A DNA stretch of 64,000 bases from Gammaproteobacteria bacterium (GCA_034522075.1 JAXHLO010000022.1:59104-123103); one strand, 5' to 3'. Shown: positions 37,077-47,850, counted from the stretch's first letter. The notes: a model not told the origin generated them from the sequence alone. Made by a program: numbers and translations.

Positions 37077-37639
37077 CTACACCCCGTCAAACAGCACGAA
37101 CACCCCAATGGAGATGAAAACGGCGGCAGCAACGCCATCTGGATCAAGGCGCAGCGGCAGCCGCTCCGCGCTGAAGCGTCGCCGAGCGCCCACGGGGTAC
37201 GTTGGCCAGCCATCATGCCTGCCGTTGTTCCCAGCACCACCATCCAGACCGGTTCGTACTTGGCGGCAAGCACGACGGTGGCGATCTGGGTCTTGTCGCC
37301 GATCTCGACCAGGAAGAACGCGATCAGCGTCGTTAGAAACGCGCCATATGGGTAGCTAGCCGCGGCATCATCCTCCTTGTCGGGAACAAGAATCCACAGA
37401 CCCATGGCGATGAAGGCGCCGGCGACCAGCCAGCGGAGAACTGCAGGGTCCAGGAGCCGACTTATCCAGCCGCCAATCTCGGCGGCGATGCCGTGATTGG
37501 CCAGGGTTGCGAGCAGGATGCCAGCGATGATGGGCCAGGGCTTGCGGAAGCGGGCTGCGAGAACCAGCGCGAGGAGTTGGGTCTTGTCGCCGATTTCGGC
37601 AAGCGCCACCGAGACGGTGGAAATCAGAAAAGTATCCAA
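37077..37639 (-). pseudogene. GDT1/TMEM165 (UPF0016) family cation transporter with a frameshift near the 3' end
   Basis: Two E-x-G-D-K-T motifs are present (VALAEIGDKTQLLAL and FFLVEIGDKTQIATV). After ...GTTAGMM the expected tail (ANVP...FSAERLPLRL...AAAVFISIGVFVLFDGV*) is found only in the other two frames. The probable start is TTG at 37639. Confidence 0.6.
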
Positions 37640-37954
37640 GATCAGTCCAGAGGGGCAGGAGACGCTACCTATGACACGCCGCCTCGCCCCACCCCGGTTC
37701 AAGGTCGCCGTGTCAAAGGTCTCGCCAGGCCCGCAGGCCGCGCACACCATGATCCATGCGGATCAAGTGTGTTGATGCACGCCCTTCGCCAGCCGGCGAA
37801 GGAGGCTACTCCCCTAAGACGCGAAAAACTATACGCATGGGCTGGCGATGGCACAAGGCGGCTGGGCCCTGGGAAAGTACGTAGCTGCAGGCAACATCAG
37901 AACCGATTCGATATGGTAGATTTCAGGTCCATGCCTTCTAGTCGGACCACAGAT

Positions 37955-38227
37955 ATGTATTCACGCTCTCTCATCTTTTCCCTCGGACTTTTCGCCCTCG
38001 CTGGTTGCGCCGGTGAAGAGATCACACAGTGCACGACGGAGCCTCAATCAGCCTGGCAAGACGCCGAAGCGTTTCAACAGAATCTTCAAGATCGTTACCG
38101 GTTAACGAGTTGGCGGTCACTGAGGGCAACTGCTACGAGATCTATGGGGTTGGATTCCGAGCAGAATAAAGTGGAGATCTACTTCAACCCGGTCGATGGC
38201 AGCGTCGTCAAACGCGAAGAAGGCTGA
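37955..38227 (+). pseudogene. PepSY-like small lipoprotein with two frameshifts
   Basis: Lipobox LFALAGC. The central VNELAVTEGNCYEIYGV lies in a different frame from the N-terminus and from the C-terminal DSEQNKVEIYFNPVDGSVVKREEG. Confidence 0.45.
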
Positions 38228-38230
38228 TTC

Positions 38231-38764
38231 GTGGGCGAGCCGGCGTCCATCCAGATCTGGGATCCGGTGGTTCGAGGGTTCCATTGGACGCTGGCGGCCG
38301 CGGTCATCACGGACTACTGGTTCACCGACCCGGGGAGCGACCTGCACGACTGGATTGGGTACCTTGCTGCGGCAGCGGTCGTGGTGCGGATCGTATGGGG
38401 ATTCATCGGTAGCGGATACGCACGCTTCGATAGCTTCACCCCCAGCCGCGCACGCATTCGGGAACATCTCAGGGCTCTATCAGCTAGGCAGGTACCTCTG
38501 GAATCCGGCCACAATCCGCTCGGGGCGCTGATGATCTACGTAGTGTTCTTCCTGATCGCAATCTTGACCGTGACGGGGTGGATGCATGAGGAGATCGACG
38601 CGCTATTTGGAAACGACTTGCTGCAGGAGATCCATGAACTCGCCGCACACCTGTTGTGGATCGCCGCGCTGGTTCACGTCGCGTCGGTTATTGTGGTCCA
38701 GTACGCCGGAAGAGTTGAACTCATACGGCCCATGATTACTGGGCGTAGGCGTCCCTGGCGTTGA
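38231..38764 (+). CDS. cytochrome b561-family (Ni/Fe-hydrogenase b-type cytochrome-like) membrane protein
   Basis: GTG start. IWDPVVRGFHWTLAAAVI..., four helices with conserved His (HNPLGALM, ELAAHLLWIAALVHV). The PepSY + cytochrome b pairing is common. Confidence 0.75.
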   Translation: MGEPASIQIWDPVVRGFHWTLAAAVITDYWFTDPGSDLHDWIGYLAAAAVVVRIVWGFIGSGYARFDSFTPSRARIREHLRALSARQVPLESGHNPLGALMIYVVFFLIAILTVTGWMHEEIDALFGNDLLQEIHELAAHLLWIAALVHVASVIVVQYAGRVELIRPMITGRRRPWR

Positions 38765-38795
38765 TTGAGCCGCGAAAGCCTGAAGCGCGCTGTGA

Positions 38796-39032
38796 CGAAC
38801 ACAAAAGCAGGCCGAAAGCGGTAAAGCGGTCGAGCTGACACGGCGGGGCGAAGCGGTTGCCGTCCTGATCGGGCGCCGGCAGTACGAGCGACTTACCAGC
38901 CGGTACCGCAGCTTCTTCGATGCTTACGAAGATTTCACTCAAGACATTGATCTGGTCGAACTGGGTATCGACCCCGATGAGCTGTTCGCCGGAACCCGGG
39001 ACCAAGCCCGCGGCCGCGACGTTAACCTGTGA
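38796..39032 (+). pseudogene. 5'-truncated Phd/YefM-type antitoxin
   Basis: An open frame with no start reads ...AESGKAVELTRRGEAVAVLIGRRQYERLTSRYRSFFDAYEDFTQDIDLVELGIDPDELFAGTRDQARGRDVNL*. The first about 20 codons seen in copy 2 (MSDRHSIAEARSNLPRLVRE) are missing. Confidence 0.55.
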
Positions 39033-39575
39033 CGACGAGATTCCTGCTCGACACCAACGTGGTGTCGGAGCCACTGCGGCCGCACCCCGCTACCACGATC
39101 ATGCGAAAACTCCGCGACCATGATGGCGAAATGGCGACCCAGTCTCTCGTGTGGCATGAACTTCGATTCGGATGCGCCCGACTGCCGAAGTCTCGAAGGC
39201 GCGAGGCCATCGAACGTTACCTCGACGACGTGATAACGCTCAGCTTTCCGATCCTCGATTACGACCAACGAGCCGCCGATTGGCACGCGTTGGAACGTGC
39301 CCCGCTCTTTGTCGACGGGCAGATCGCAGCGATTGCGCACGTCAACGAACTGATACTCGTCACCTCAAACAAACCCGATTTCACCGGGTTCAGGGGCCTT
39401 CAGGTCAAGTCCTGGTAGCACAGATAGACACCAGTCGAATCGACTCATCGGTTCTGACATGCGACATGACCCGTATTCCCGAACAACGTCTCGCACAGGA
39501 TATGACGCCGTATAGGCGCAATAGATAGACAATATCGAGTAAGAGCAGCTCAGCTGGAACCTGCATCTACGTCAA
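38809..39575 (+). repeat. copy 1 of an approximately 0.8-kb direct repeat (Phd/VapC locus plus about 155 nt downstream)
   Basis: It aligns by eye with 55023-55817 from AGGCCGAAAGCGG to CTGCATCTACGTCAA, with scattered substitutions and several indels. Confidence 0.85.
39029..39418 (+). CDS. vapC: VapC-type PIN toxin (open frame, but with an 8-codon in-frame deletion relative to copy 2)
   Basis: The GTG start overlaps the antitoxin stop (GTGA). VTTRFLLDTNVVSEPLRP...VWHEL...FVDGQIAAIAHVNELILVTSNKPDF. Copy 2 has ERARLAASGRTPPFVDGQ where this copy has ERAPLFVDGQ. Confidence 0.65.
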   Translation: MTTRFLLDTNVVSEPLRPHPATTIMRKLRDHDGEMATQSLVWHELRFGCARLPKSRRREAIERYLDDVITLSFPILDYDQRAADWHALERAPLFVDGQIAAIAHVNELILVTSNKPDFTGFRGLQVKSW

Positions 39576-39853
39576 CTTGACCTCAGCAACTTCCGGATTT
39601 ATGCGATCCGACTTGTCTCGACGCCCCTCAGCGGCCAGCGGGAACTTCCTTGGCCCTCGCCTACCCGCCATCCACACATGCTCCAGCACCGCCAGCTCCC
39701 GTTCGCCAATTGATAGGATCGGGAACGCTCGTGCGGGGGCGCGGCATGTCGTCATGCGGCCCAGGCTGGCGGCGGAAGGCCGGTGAGTCTAGGATCGCAG
39801 AAAACCGATGATCAATCGGTCTTTGTCCTGCGGATCACATGAGGGGAGGCTCG

Positions 39854-40198
39854 ATGATCTATCTGGTGACCAAGTTCGCGACCACGGCGTTCATCGTCGT
39901 GCTCGTCTCGGAGCTGGCGAAACGTTCGACGCTGGCCGGCGCTATTCTCGCCTCCATCCCCACCGTTTCCGTGCTCGCCATGATCTGGATCTACCTGGAA
40001 ACCCGTGACACCGGTCGCTTAGCCTCATTCTCCGTCGATGTCGTATGGCTGGTGCTGCCGTCGCTGGTGCTGTTCGCCGTGCTGCCGGCACTGTTGCGGA
40101 TCGGCGTCGGCTTCTGGTGGAGCCTTGCCGCAGGCATCGCCGCGACGGCATTGGCCTACTGGGGGGCCGTGCAGCTGATGGGATGGTTTCGCGGGTAA
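39854..40198 (+). CDS. DUF3147-family membrane protein
   Basis: GGAGG lies before ATG 39854. MIYLVTKFATTAFIVVLVSELAKRSTLAGAILASIPTVSVLAMIWIY... contains four helices. Confidence 0.55.
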   Translation: MIYLVTKFATTAFIVVLVSELAKRSTLAGAILASIPTVSVLAMIWIYLETRDTGRLASFSVDVVWLVLPSLVLFAVLPALLRIGVGFWWSLAAGIAATALAYWGAVQLMGWFRG

Positions 40199-40218
40199 CC
40201 CAAGTCGACCACGAAGAA

Positions 40219-40483
40219 TCAGCCGCCCAGACCCGCGGAGACCCATGTGAATAGAACGAACCCGCCAACCAGCGCGACCAGCTTCCACTCGGGTGGCTGC
40301 CCACGCAGCAGTAGATAGGCCGATGCGGCCGCCAGCAGCGCTGGAACCAGGAAGGCGCCAGACTATGCCGGTTTCTGCCTGACCGGCTTGCAGCCTCGTC
40401 ACCAGCGATTCGAGGGCGATACAGAGCGCGCCGCCCAAGGCGAAACTGAGTCGAGCCCGGTAGAGCCGGGGGAGAGCCGACAT
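40219..40483 (-). pseudogene. small membrane protein with a frameshift
   Basis: MSALPRLYRARLSFALGGALCIALESLV... shifts near 40365 into GAFLVPALLAAASAYLLLRGQPPEWKLVALVGGFVLFTWVSAGLGG*. Confidence 0.3.
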
Positions 40484-40488
40484 GCGGC

Positions 40489-40519
40489 TGGCGGAGAGGG
40501 AGCGATTCGAACCCTCGAT
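40489..40519 (-). repeat. displaced 3' end of tRNA-Ser(GGA) (att-like fragment)
   Basis: TGGCGGAGAGGGAGCGATTCGAACCCTCGAT matches 63051-63081 at 30 of 31 positions in the same orientation. No D arm or anticodon arm follows, and the next 60 nt are 38% GC by hand count. Confidence 0.75.
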
Positions 40520-40796
40520 GTTTCCTGGTATTTCAATATGTTACAAACGTACCGTGTCTAGATCATGTCTATTGCTGAGCCGTGACGGGCACGTCTTTCG
40601 GCGCACTCGCGACCACTGCGGGTAAACTCCCTCAGGCGTACACCTGATCCCAGCTTGGAGTTAATGGCCACCTGATTCCAGCCAACGATAACGACGTGAT
40701 GAACATCGTATCGAAGCATTTGGCGGGAATCATTGCCGCTTCGGTTGTCATCCTCTATTTTGCGACTTCTATCCTATCCAATGGTTTCTCCAGGAT

Positions 40797-43502
40797 TTGA
40801 ACGCGAACAACCGGATCGATAGCCACGACCCGAAGGCGGCCGTGCGGCAGATTCAGGCCGGCGAGTCGGGCCTGGGCGGCGAGGAGGTGGTGCGCCGCCA
40901 GCAGCAGTATGGCCCCAACCGCCTGCCGGAACCGCCGCTTCCGGGGGTCGGGGTAATCTTCCTGCGCCAGTTCCTGAGCCCCTTCATCTATATCCTGCTG
41001 ATCGCCGCGGCGGTCTCGCTGGCCATCGGCCAGATCCCCAGCGCGGTGTTCATCGTCGCCGTGCTGCTGCTCAATGCGGCCATCGGCACGATGCAGGAGT
41101 ATTCCGCCCAGCGTTCGGCGGCAGCCCTGCGCAACATGGTCCGGGGCGAAGCACATGTGATCCGGGATGGCATTGCCCAGCGGATCGATATCGAAGAACT
41201 CGTGCCCGGAGACGTGGTCCTGCTCTCTTCCGGCGACAAGGTGCCGGCCGATATACGCCTTGCTGTCAGTCACAGTCTGAGTATCAACGAATCCCTGCTG
41301 ACCGGGGAATCTCTCGCCGTGACCAAGAATGCCCAGGCCGAGGTGCCAGCGGATGCGCCCATGGCAGAGCGTTACAATCAGTGCTTCGCCGGCAGCACAG
41401 TCACCCACGGCCGAGCCCAGGGCGTGGTTATCGCGACCGGTCTGGACACCGAACTCGGTCACATCGCTCACTCGCCGTAAGCAGCACCGATTCCTCGGAA
41501 CCGCCGTTGATGATCCGCATCCGGCGTTTCACCTATCAACTGGCGCTGGCCATCGCGGTGGCCATACTGCTGTTGATCGGGCTGATGCTGGTGCGCGGCG
41601 GCTACAGCACCGAGGGCATGCTTCTGATGGCCATCGGCCTGGCGGTGTCCGTGATCCCCGAAGGCCTGCCAGCCGCCTTGACCGTAGCGCTGGCAATCGG
41701 CATGCGCCGGATGGCAGCCCACAACGTGATCATCCGCCGCCTGGTAGCGGTCGAGGCGCTGGGGTCGTGCACGTTCATCTGCTCCGACAAGACCGGCACG
41801 CTGACGGTGAACGAACTGACGATCCGGGCCATCGAACTGCCGGACGGCTCGAGCTACGCGATCAGCGGCGAAGGTGATCGGCCCCGGGGGGCGCATCATC
41901 GGCGAGGATACCCAGCGGCTGCAGCGCCTGTGCATGACCGGCCTGCTGGCCAATGAGAGCTACCTGGACTACGCAGGCGGGGAATGGGTATCCGATGGCG
42001 ACATCGTCGATGTGGCCTTTCTGGTTCTGGCCAAAAAGCTGGGCCTGTCCCTGAGCCGGGTGCGGGAGGAATGGGAGCAGGTAGACCTGATCCCGTATGA
42101 ATCGGAACGGGCCTTCAGCGGCAGCCTCAACAGGAACGGCGATCGGCCCGTGCTGCATGTCAAAGGCAGCCCGGAGAAACTGCTCAGCACTGCTGCGACC
42201 GGATGCAGACTGCGGCCGGACGCGCATGTCCCCATAGACCGCGAGTCGATCGAGGCGACAGGTTCGAAGAGTCTGGCGGGACAGGGCTATCGCGTGATCG
42301 CCCTGGCCCAGCGCACACGCGGAGACGCGACGAAGCGCCATGGAGCAGCTCGATTAGACTGATCTTCCTCGGCATGGTCGGCATGATCGATCCGGTGCGG
42401 TCCGAAGCCCGGGACGCCATCGAGCGCTGCCGTCAGGGCGGTATCGAGGTCGCCATGATCACCGGCGATCATCCTGCCACCGCCCGGGCCATCGCCCTGG
42501 AACTGGGGCTCTGCGAGGAGGATGACCCCGTGGTGTCCGGCAGAATGATCGCGCGCAGATCGCGGCGGCGCAGGCACGAGGCGCGCGGAAGCCTCGATGC
42601 ACTGATCAAGCCGGCGCGCGTATTCGCCCGCATCGAACCGACGCAGAAGGAACAGATCGTCGACAGTCTGATGCGGGCCGGGCATTTCGTGGCGGTAACC
42701 GGTGACGGTGTCAATGATGCCCCCGCCATGCGCTATGCCAACGTCGGTGTTGCCATGGGCAAGCGCGGCACGGACGTGGCCAAGGAAACCGCCGACCTGA
42801 TCATCACCGACGACAACTTCGCCTCCATCGTCGATGGGATCGAGCAGGGACGCATCGTCTACAACAATATCCGCAAGGTAATCGGCCTGCTGATCGCCAC
42901 GGGTTTCTCGGCGCTGTTGCTGTTCTTCCTGACCGTGCTCGCGGGTCTGACCATGCCCATGATCGCGGTGCAGCTACTGTGGCTGAACCTGGTGGCCAAC
43001 GGCCTGCAGGACGTGGCGCTGGCCTTCGAACCGGGCGAGGGCGGCGAGCTGGCCCAGCGTCCGCGCAGGCCATCGGAGCCGGTGTTCGAAAAGCACATCA
43101 TCGCGCACGTGCTGGTCGCCGGCGGCGCCATGGGTGTGCTGGCCTTCGCCACCTTTGCCTATCTCCTGTTCACTGGCAGCGAGGCCGGTACCGGAGGCGC
43201 GCAACCTGACCCTGATGCTGATGGTACTGTTCGGCAATATCCACGCGCTCAGCAGCCGCTCCGAGACGCGCTCGCTCTTCCAGATTCCTTTTTTCGCCAA
43301 TCCGTTCCTGGTCATCGCCGTGCCGCTGGCCCAGGCCATACACATCGCCGCCATGTATACACCGGGCCTGAGTGATGTGCTGCAGCTGTCACCCATCTCG
43401 CTGCAACAATGGCTGATCCTGTTGTCGGTGGCGTTGATCCTGCTGCTGGTGGAAGAGCTACACAAGCTCTGGATTCGTCGCCATCCAACGCTCGTCCGAT
43501 AA
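40797..43502 (+). pseudogene. P-type (type II, Ca/Mg-like) cation-transporting ATPase broken into five frames
   Basis: Pieces appear in order: ...[20 protein letters not shown]...LTGESLAV, then ...[15 protein letters not shown]...[10 protein letters not shown], then ...VKGSPEKLL, then ...MITGDHPATA...VAVTGDGVNDAPAM...ITDDNF, then the C-terminal helices. The shifts lie near 41470, 41880, 42340 and 43190. Confidence 0.85.
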
Positions 43503-43811
43503 CAATCCCCCTGCCTGGCGTGGCGTATCGCAAGTCTGGTGCTGCTCAGATCGTCAGGAACATCTCGGGCGCCAGGCTGGTGACCAGCATGACGTCGTTG
43601 ATGTCCTCATGCTCGTGCCAGCCTGAGGCGCTCGCGCCTTCCTGCTCGCCGATACCGCTGATCCAGCCGCTGCACACAGCATCGTGCTTCATTGCCGAAA
43701 CGTCGCACTATGACCTTCCCACGCCGGCATCGTCATCCGGGTTCCTACGTATGGTGCGGCTGGCCGGTGCGGCAGAGCATACATGTCAACACCTGCCGCT
43801 TGAGAGTGCTC

Positions 43812-45812
43812 ATGGCTGAATACACGACCGCGCGGCGGCGCATGGTGGCAGAGCAGATCCATGCCCGCGGCGTACGCGATCCCAAGGTTCTCGCCGCCAT
43901 GGGACGGGTTCCCCGGGAGCTGTTCGTCGCGGAGACCGTTCGCCGCCATGCGTACGAAGACCGGCCACTGCCCATTGCCGCCGGCCAGACGATTTCCCAG
44001 CCTTACATCGTCGCCTTCATGGTCGAGGCTCTGGCCCTGCCCGAGAGCGCGCGTGTGCTGGAAGTAGGCACGGGGTCCGGGTACGCGGCGGCCGTGCTGG
44101 CGGAACTCGGCGCCGAGGTGGTGACCATCGAACGGATAGACGAACTCGCGGACGCGGCCGCCCAGAGTGTCGCCGAAGCCGGCTACCGCAACGTCACAGT
44201 GATTCACGGCGACGGTACCCGCGGCTGGGTGGAAGCGGCGCCATACGATGGCATTCTGGTCTCGGCCGGCGGTCCGTCGGTGCCCGAGTCCCTCATGCGT
44301 CAGCTCGCCGTGGGCGGCCGGCTGGTGGTTCCGGTGGGCACCGATCCGCGGCTGCAGGAACTGGTGCGCGTAACCCGCATCGGAGAAGACAGCTACGACC
44401 GCGAGGATCTGGCGGACGTGCGTTTCGTGCCGTTGATCGGCGCCGAAGGGTGGGAGGCGGAGGAGCCGGCCCCGGAAAGCACCCCGGCGCGCGTCGTCCA
44501 GGCCCGGCCCCGGGTGAGCCAGACCTTGCCGGGCCTCATCTCCGCCAGTGCCGAGGTCTTCGAGAACTGGGACAATGCCGATCTCGAGGGCTTGCTGGGC
44601 AGGATCGGCGATGCCCGGGTCGTGCTGATCGGTGAGGCCAGCCACGGCACCTCGGAGTTCTACCGCCTGCGGGCGCGCATCACCCGACAACTGATCGAGC
44701 GGCGCGGGTTCACCATCGTTGCCGCCGAGGCCGATTGGCCGGACGCGGCGCGCATCGATCACTACGTGCGGCACGCCGACGTGCCGCCCGCCGAGTGGAC
44801 GGCGTTCGCGCGCTTTCCCACCTGGATGTGGCGCAACCAGGAGACACGCGAGTTCGTCGACTGGTTGCACGAGTACAACGCCACGCTGCCGTTCGAGCAG
44901 CGCACCGCCTTTCGCGGGCTGGATCTGTACAGCCTGTTCAGCTCGGTCAGGGCCGTAATCGACTACCTCACGGACATCGACCCGGAGCTCGCCGACGTTG
45001 CGCGAACCCGATACGGATGCCTGAGCCCCTGGGAGACCGACCCTGCTGCCTATGGCCACGCGGCACTCACCGGCCGCTATCACGAGTGCGAGACCGAGGT
45101 CGTGCGCGTGCTCGACGATCTGCTGCGGCGCCGCTGGCTGCTCGCCGAACGCGATCCCGATCGGTTTCTCGACGCCGAGCAGAACGCCCGGGTAGTGGCC
45201 CAGGCCGAACGCTACTATCGGGTGATGTACTACGGATCCCGGGCGAGCTGGAACCTGCGGGACAGCCACATGTTCAATACACTCGAGCGTCTGCTGGACC
45301 ACCACGGCGAGGGTGCGAAAGCGGTGGTCTGGGCGCACAACTCGCACATCGGCGATGCGCGGGCCACCGAGATGTCGGCCCGCGGCGAGCACAACATCGG
45401 CCAGCTCTGCGTGCAGGCGTTCGGCGAAGATGCCTACCGCATCGGATTCGGCACCGACCGCGGCACCGTGGCGGCAGCCAGCCACTGGGACGGCCCCATG
45501 GAGATCAAGCGCGTGGTGCCGTCGCATCGCCAGAGCTACGAGCGCCAGTTCCACCTGACCAACGCCCCGGGGCTGCTGCTGCCGCTGCGCCACGTCGATG
45601 CAGGGGTCACCGCCGACCTGGCGCAGCCACGTCTGGAGCGCGCCATCGGCGTGATCTACCGGCCAGAGAGCGAGCTGGCCAGCCACTACTTCGAGGCGGT
45701 GCTGCCGCGCCAGTTCGACGAGTACGTGTGGGTCGACGAGACCACGGCAGTGAACCCCATCATCACGGAGCAGCTCACCGGCCTGCCGGATACCTATCCG
45801 TTCGGAGTCTGA
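43812..45812 (+). CDS. fusion of protein-L-isoaspartate O-methyltransferase (N) and an erythromycin-esterase-family domain (C)
   Basis: The N-terminus reads RRMVAEQIHARGVRDPKVLAAMGRVPRELF...GQTISQPYIVAFM...VLEVGTGSGYAAAVLA. From about residue 250 it reads VVLIGEASHGTSEFYRLRARITRQLIERRGFTIVAAEADWPD...VVWAHNSHIGD. Confidence 0.8.
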   Translation: MAEYTTARRRMVAEQIHARGVRDPKVLAAMGRVPRELFVAETVRRHAYEDRPLPIAAGQTISQPYIVAFMVEALALPESARVLEVGTGSGYAAAVLAELGAEVVTIERIDELADAAAQSVAEAGYRNVTVIHGDGTRGWVEAAPYDGILVSAGGPSVPESLMRQLAVGGRLVVPVGTDPRLQELVRVTRIGEDSYDREDLADVRFVPLIGAEGWEAEEPAPESTPARVVQARPRVSQTLPGLISASAEVFENWDNADLEGLLGRIGDARVVLIGEASHGTSEFYRLRARITRQLIERRGFTIVAAEADWPDAARIDHYVRHADVPPAEWTAFARFPTWMWRNQETREFVDWLHEYNATLPFEQRTAFRGLDLYSLFSSVRAVIDYLTDIDPELADVARTRYGCLSPWETDPAAYGHAALTGRYHECETEVVRVLDDLLRRRWLLAERDPDRFLDAEQNARVVAQAERYYRVMYYGSRASWNLRDSHMFNTLERLLDHHGEGAKAVVWAHNSHIGDARATEMSARGEHNIGQLCVQAFGEDAYRIGFGTDRGTVAAASHWDGPMEIKRVVPSHRQSYERQFHLTNAPGLLLPLRHVDAGVTADLAQPRLERAIGVIYRPESELASHYFEAVLPRQFDEYVWVDETTAVNPIITEQLTGLPDTYPFGV

Positions 45813-46716
45813 CACCAGGAGGGTGTGTGCACCGTCACTACGTCTGTCCCCACCACGTGCAGCAGCCGCTCGGCGGTGTTGCCGAGCAGCATGCCTTTAA
45901 CTCCTTCCCGGGCGTGGGTGCCGAGCACCAGCAACTCGGCGTCTGTGTCCTCGACCACCCGGGAGACCACTTCGGTTGAATGGCCTTCCTCGGCATAGAG
46001 CGTCTTGAAGCGGACGCCGGCTTCGCGGGCCAGGTGGTCCACCCGGGAACGGATGTCCGCTTCGATGCTTTGCCGAATCTCTTCGTAGCTGCCGGGCGAG
46101 CGCCGAGTTGGCCCACCCAGGGCTCGAAGAGCGGATAGGCCACCACCACCATCATTTCTCCGCCGAGCACGGCTGTCAGGCCCTGAGCCTCCTGGAGCAG
46201 AGCGAGATTCAGGGGCTCGTGGGTGTCGTCGAAAGGATCCAGGGCGCAGACGATCACCGGTTCCTTCACCCATGGCCTCGGTTTCACCAGCATCACGGGC
46301 ACGGTGGCGTGCCGCAGCAGGTTCCAGTCGTCCGGCGTGCGCACGACGTCGCCGAACCCATGACGCGTGGTTACCGCGCGCACGATCAGGTCTGCCCCCG
46401 CCTGCTCGGCGGCATGCAGGATGCCCTCCCAGGTACGTGGATTCCATACAGTCACAGCGTCGAGGTCGGGGAGGCGGCGGCGGGCCGGTTCCAACCAGTC
46501 TTCCAGCTCAGATTCTTCTGACGACAGAATGAAGGTCTTCAGATCGAAAGAAGCGTCCACCGCACTGCTGCTGAGCTCGGCGACGCCCTCGTAGACGACG
46601 CGTACGGCATGCAGCCTGGCGTGATTCGCCTCGGCCAGCATGGCGGCTTTGTCCAGCACATATCGCGCTTCGTCGGCACTCTCCAGAACGACCAGCACGT
46701 TTTTCATAGTCGGCAT
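45794..46716 (-). pseudogene. tandem-domain universal stress protein (UspE-like) with one frameshift
   Basis: MKNVLVVLESADEARYVLDKAAMLA...DLIVRAV...VPVMLVK...VIVCALDP. Near 46105 it shifts to ...HLAREAGVRFKTLYAEEGHSTEVVSRVVEDTDAELLVLGTHAREGVKGMLLGNTAERLLHVVGTDVVTV. Confidence 0.75.
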
Positions 46717-47029
46717 GAGGTTCACCTTCCGCTTCGCCGGAATACTCCACTGTAACGCTGGTCATCGGCGCCGGCGACTCCGTAGTTTCCACGGCATGCG
46801 ATCGGTCTGTGGTGTCCCGGGAAATGGCGGCGTACCGCTGCTGCTCGGGGTCGAACCCAGCATGTCGGCTGTCCGGGAATGGCCCGCGTACACGAAAATT
46901 TCACCTCGCGCCCATAGACTGTGACCGGCCGCTGTTTACACTGAGCGCCGAAAGCGCCCCTGGCGGCTGATCTACCTGGTTTCTGCCTGTCTGCGGAGAC
47001 CGCAATACCTGGAGAAGGAGGACGTTCCA

Positions 47030-47625
47030 GTGCACGAACTACCGAAGCTTCCGTACGAAGAAACCGCGCTAGACCCGGTTATCTCTGCCGACACTCTACG
47101 TTTCCATCACGGCAAGCACCATCAGACCTACGTTGGTGCGCGCTGAACTCTCTGCTCGAGGGTGAAGAGACGCTGGCATCGCTGTCGCTGGAAGGCCTGA
47201 TCCGCGAGATCGCCAATGATGCCGACCGCGGCAAGATGTTCAATCAGGCCGCCCAGGTGTGGAACCACACCTTCTACTGGAACAGCATGAAGCCCGGCGG
47301 CGGCGGCAAGCCTGCCGGCAAACTGAAGGACAGAATCGATTCCGACTTCGGCGGCTACGACGAATTCCGCGACGCATTCAAGCAGGCGGCCGCCGGTCAA
47401 TTCGGCAGCGGCTGGGCCTGGCTGATCGTCGACAACGGCAAACTGGCCGTGACCAGCACCGCCAACGCCCACACACCGGTGGAGGACGGCAAGACGCCGC
47501 TGATCACCATCGACGTCTGGGAGCACGCTTACTACCTCGACTACCAGAATCGGCGGCCCGACTACATCGACGCTTTCCTCGACAAGCTGGTCAACTGGGA
47601 ATTCGCCGAGCAGAACCTGGGCTGA
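47030..47625 (+). pseudogene. sodB: Fe-type superoxide dismutase with a 1-nt frameshift after codon 38
   Basis: GGAGAAGGAGG lies before GTG 47030. [35 protein letters not shown]|...LNSLLEG...[17 protein letters not shown]...GSGWAWLIV...[18 protein letters not shown]...NWEFAEQNLG*. The shift lies at about 47143. Confidence 0.85.
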
Positions 47626-47738
47626 TCGTGCTGTCGTTCAAGGGCCGGTGGGGCTCACCGGCAGCGCACTGACCGGAATACACCCTCAATGGATGCGCCG
47701 CTCCGTTGACTGATAGATGATCCTGCAGAAAATGAACT

Positions 47739-47850
47739 ATGCATACGCTCGAAGCACGGGATCTGTACAAGCGGTATCGGAGCAAGATCGCTGTCGATGG
47801 CGTGAGCCTCCGTGTATCCACGGGCGAGATTATCGGCCTGCTGGGCACAA
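47739..47850 (+). pseudogene. N-terminal 37 codons of an LptB-like ABC ATPase, cut just before the Walker A lysine
   Basis: [39 protein letters not shown] stops being ABC-like exactly where GPNGAGKT is expected, and SOD-like sequence follows. Confidence 0.45.

Noticed and set aside
36146-37750. 534-codon minus-strand ORF.
   Set aside because: Only its first approximately 190 codons (the GDT1/UPF0016 transporter) are real. After a frameshift the ORF continues as antisense read-through of the tauD-like gene. I split it into a pseudogene at 37077-37639.
39567-39755. Minus-strand ORF with LSIGERELAVLEHVW, reminiscent of the N-terminus of BlaI/CopY-type repressors.
   Set aside because: Only about 15 residues resemble the family, the rest is Arg/Gly-rich, and shifted frames give no convincing continuation.
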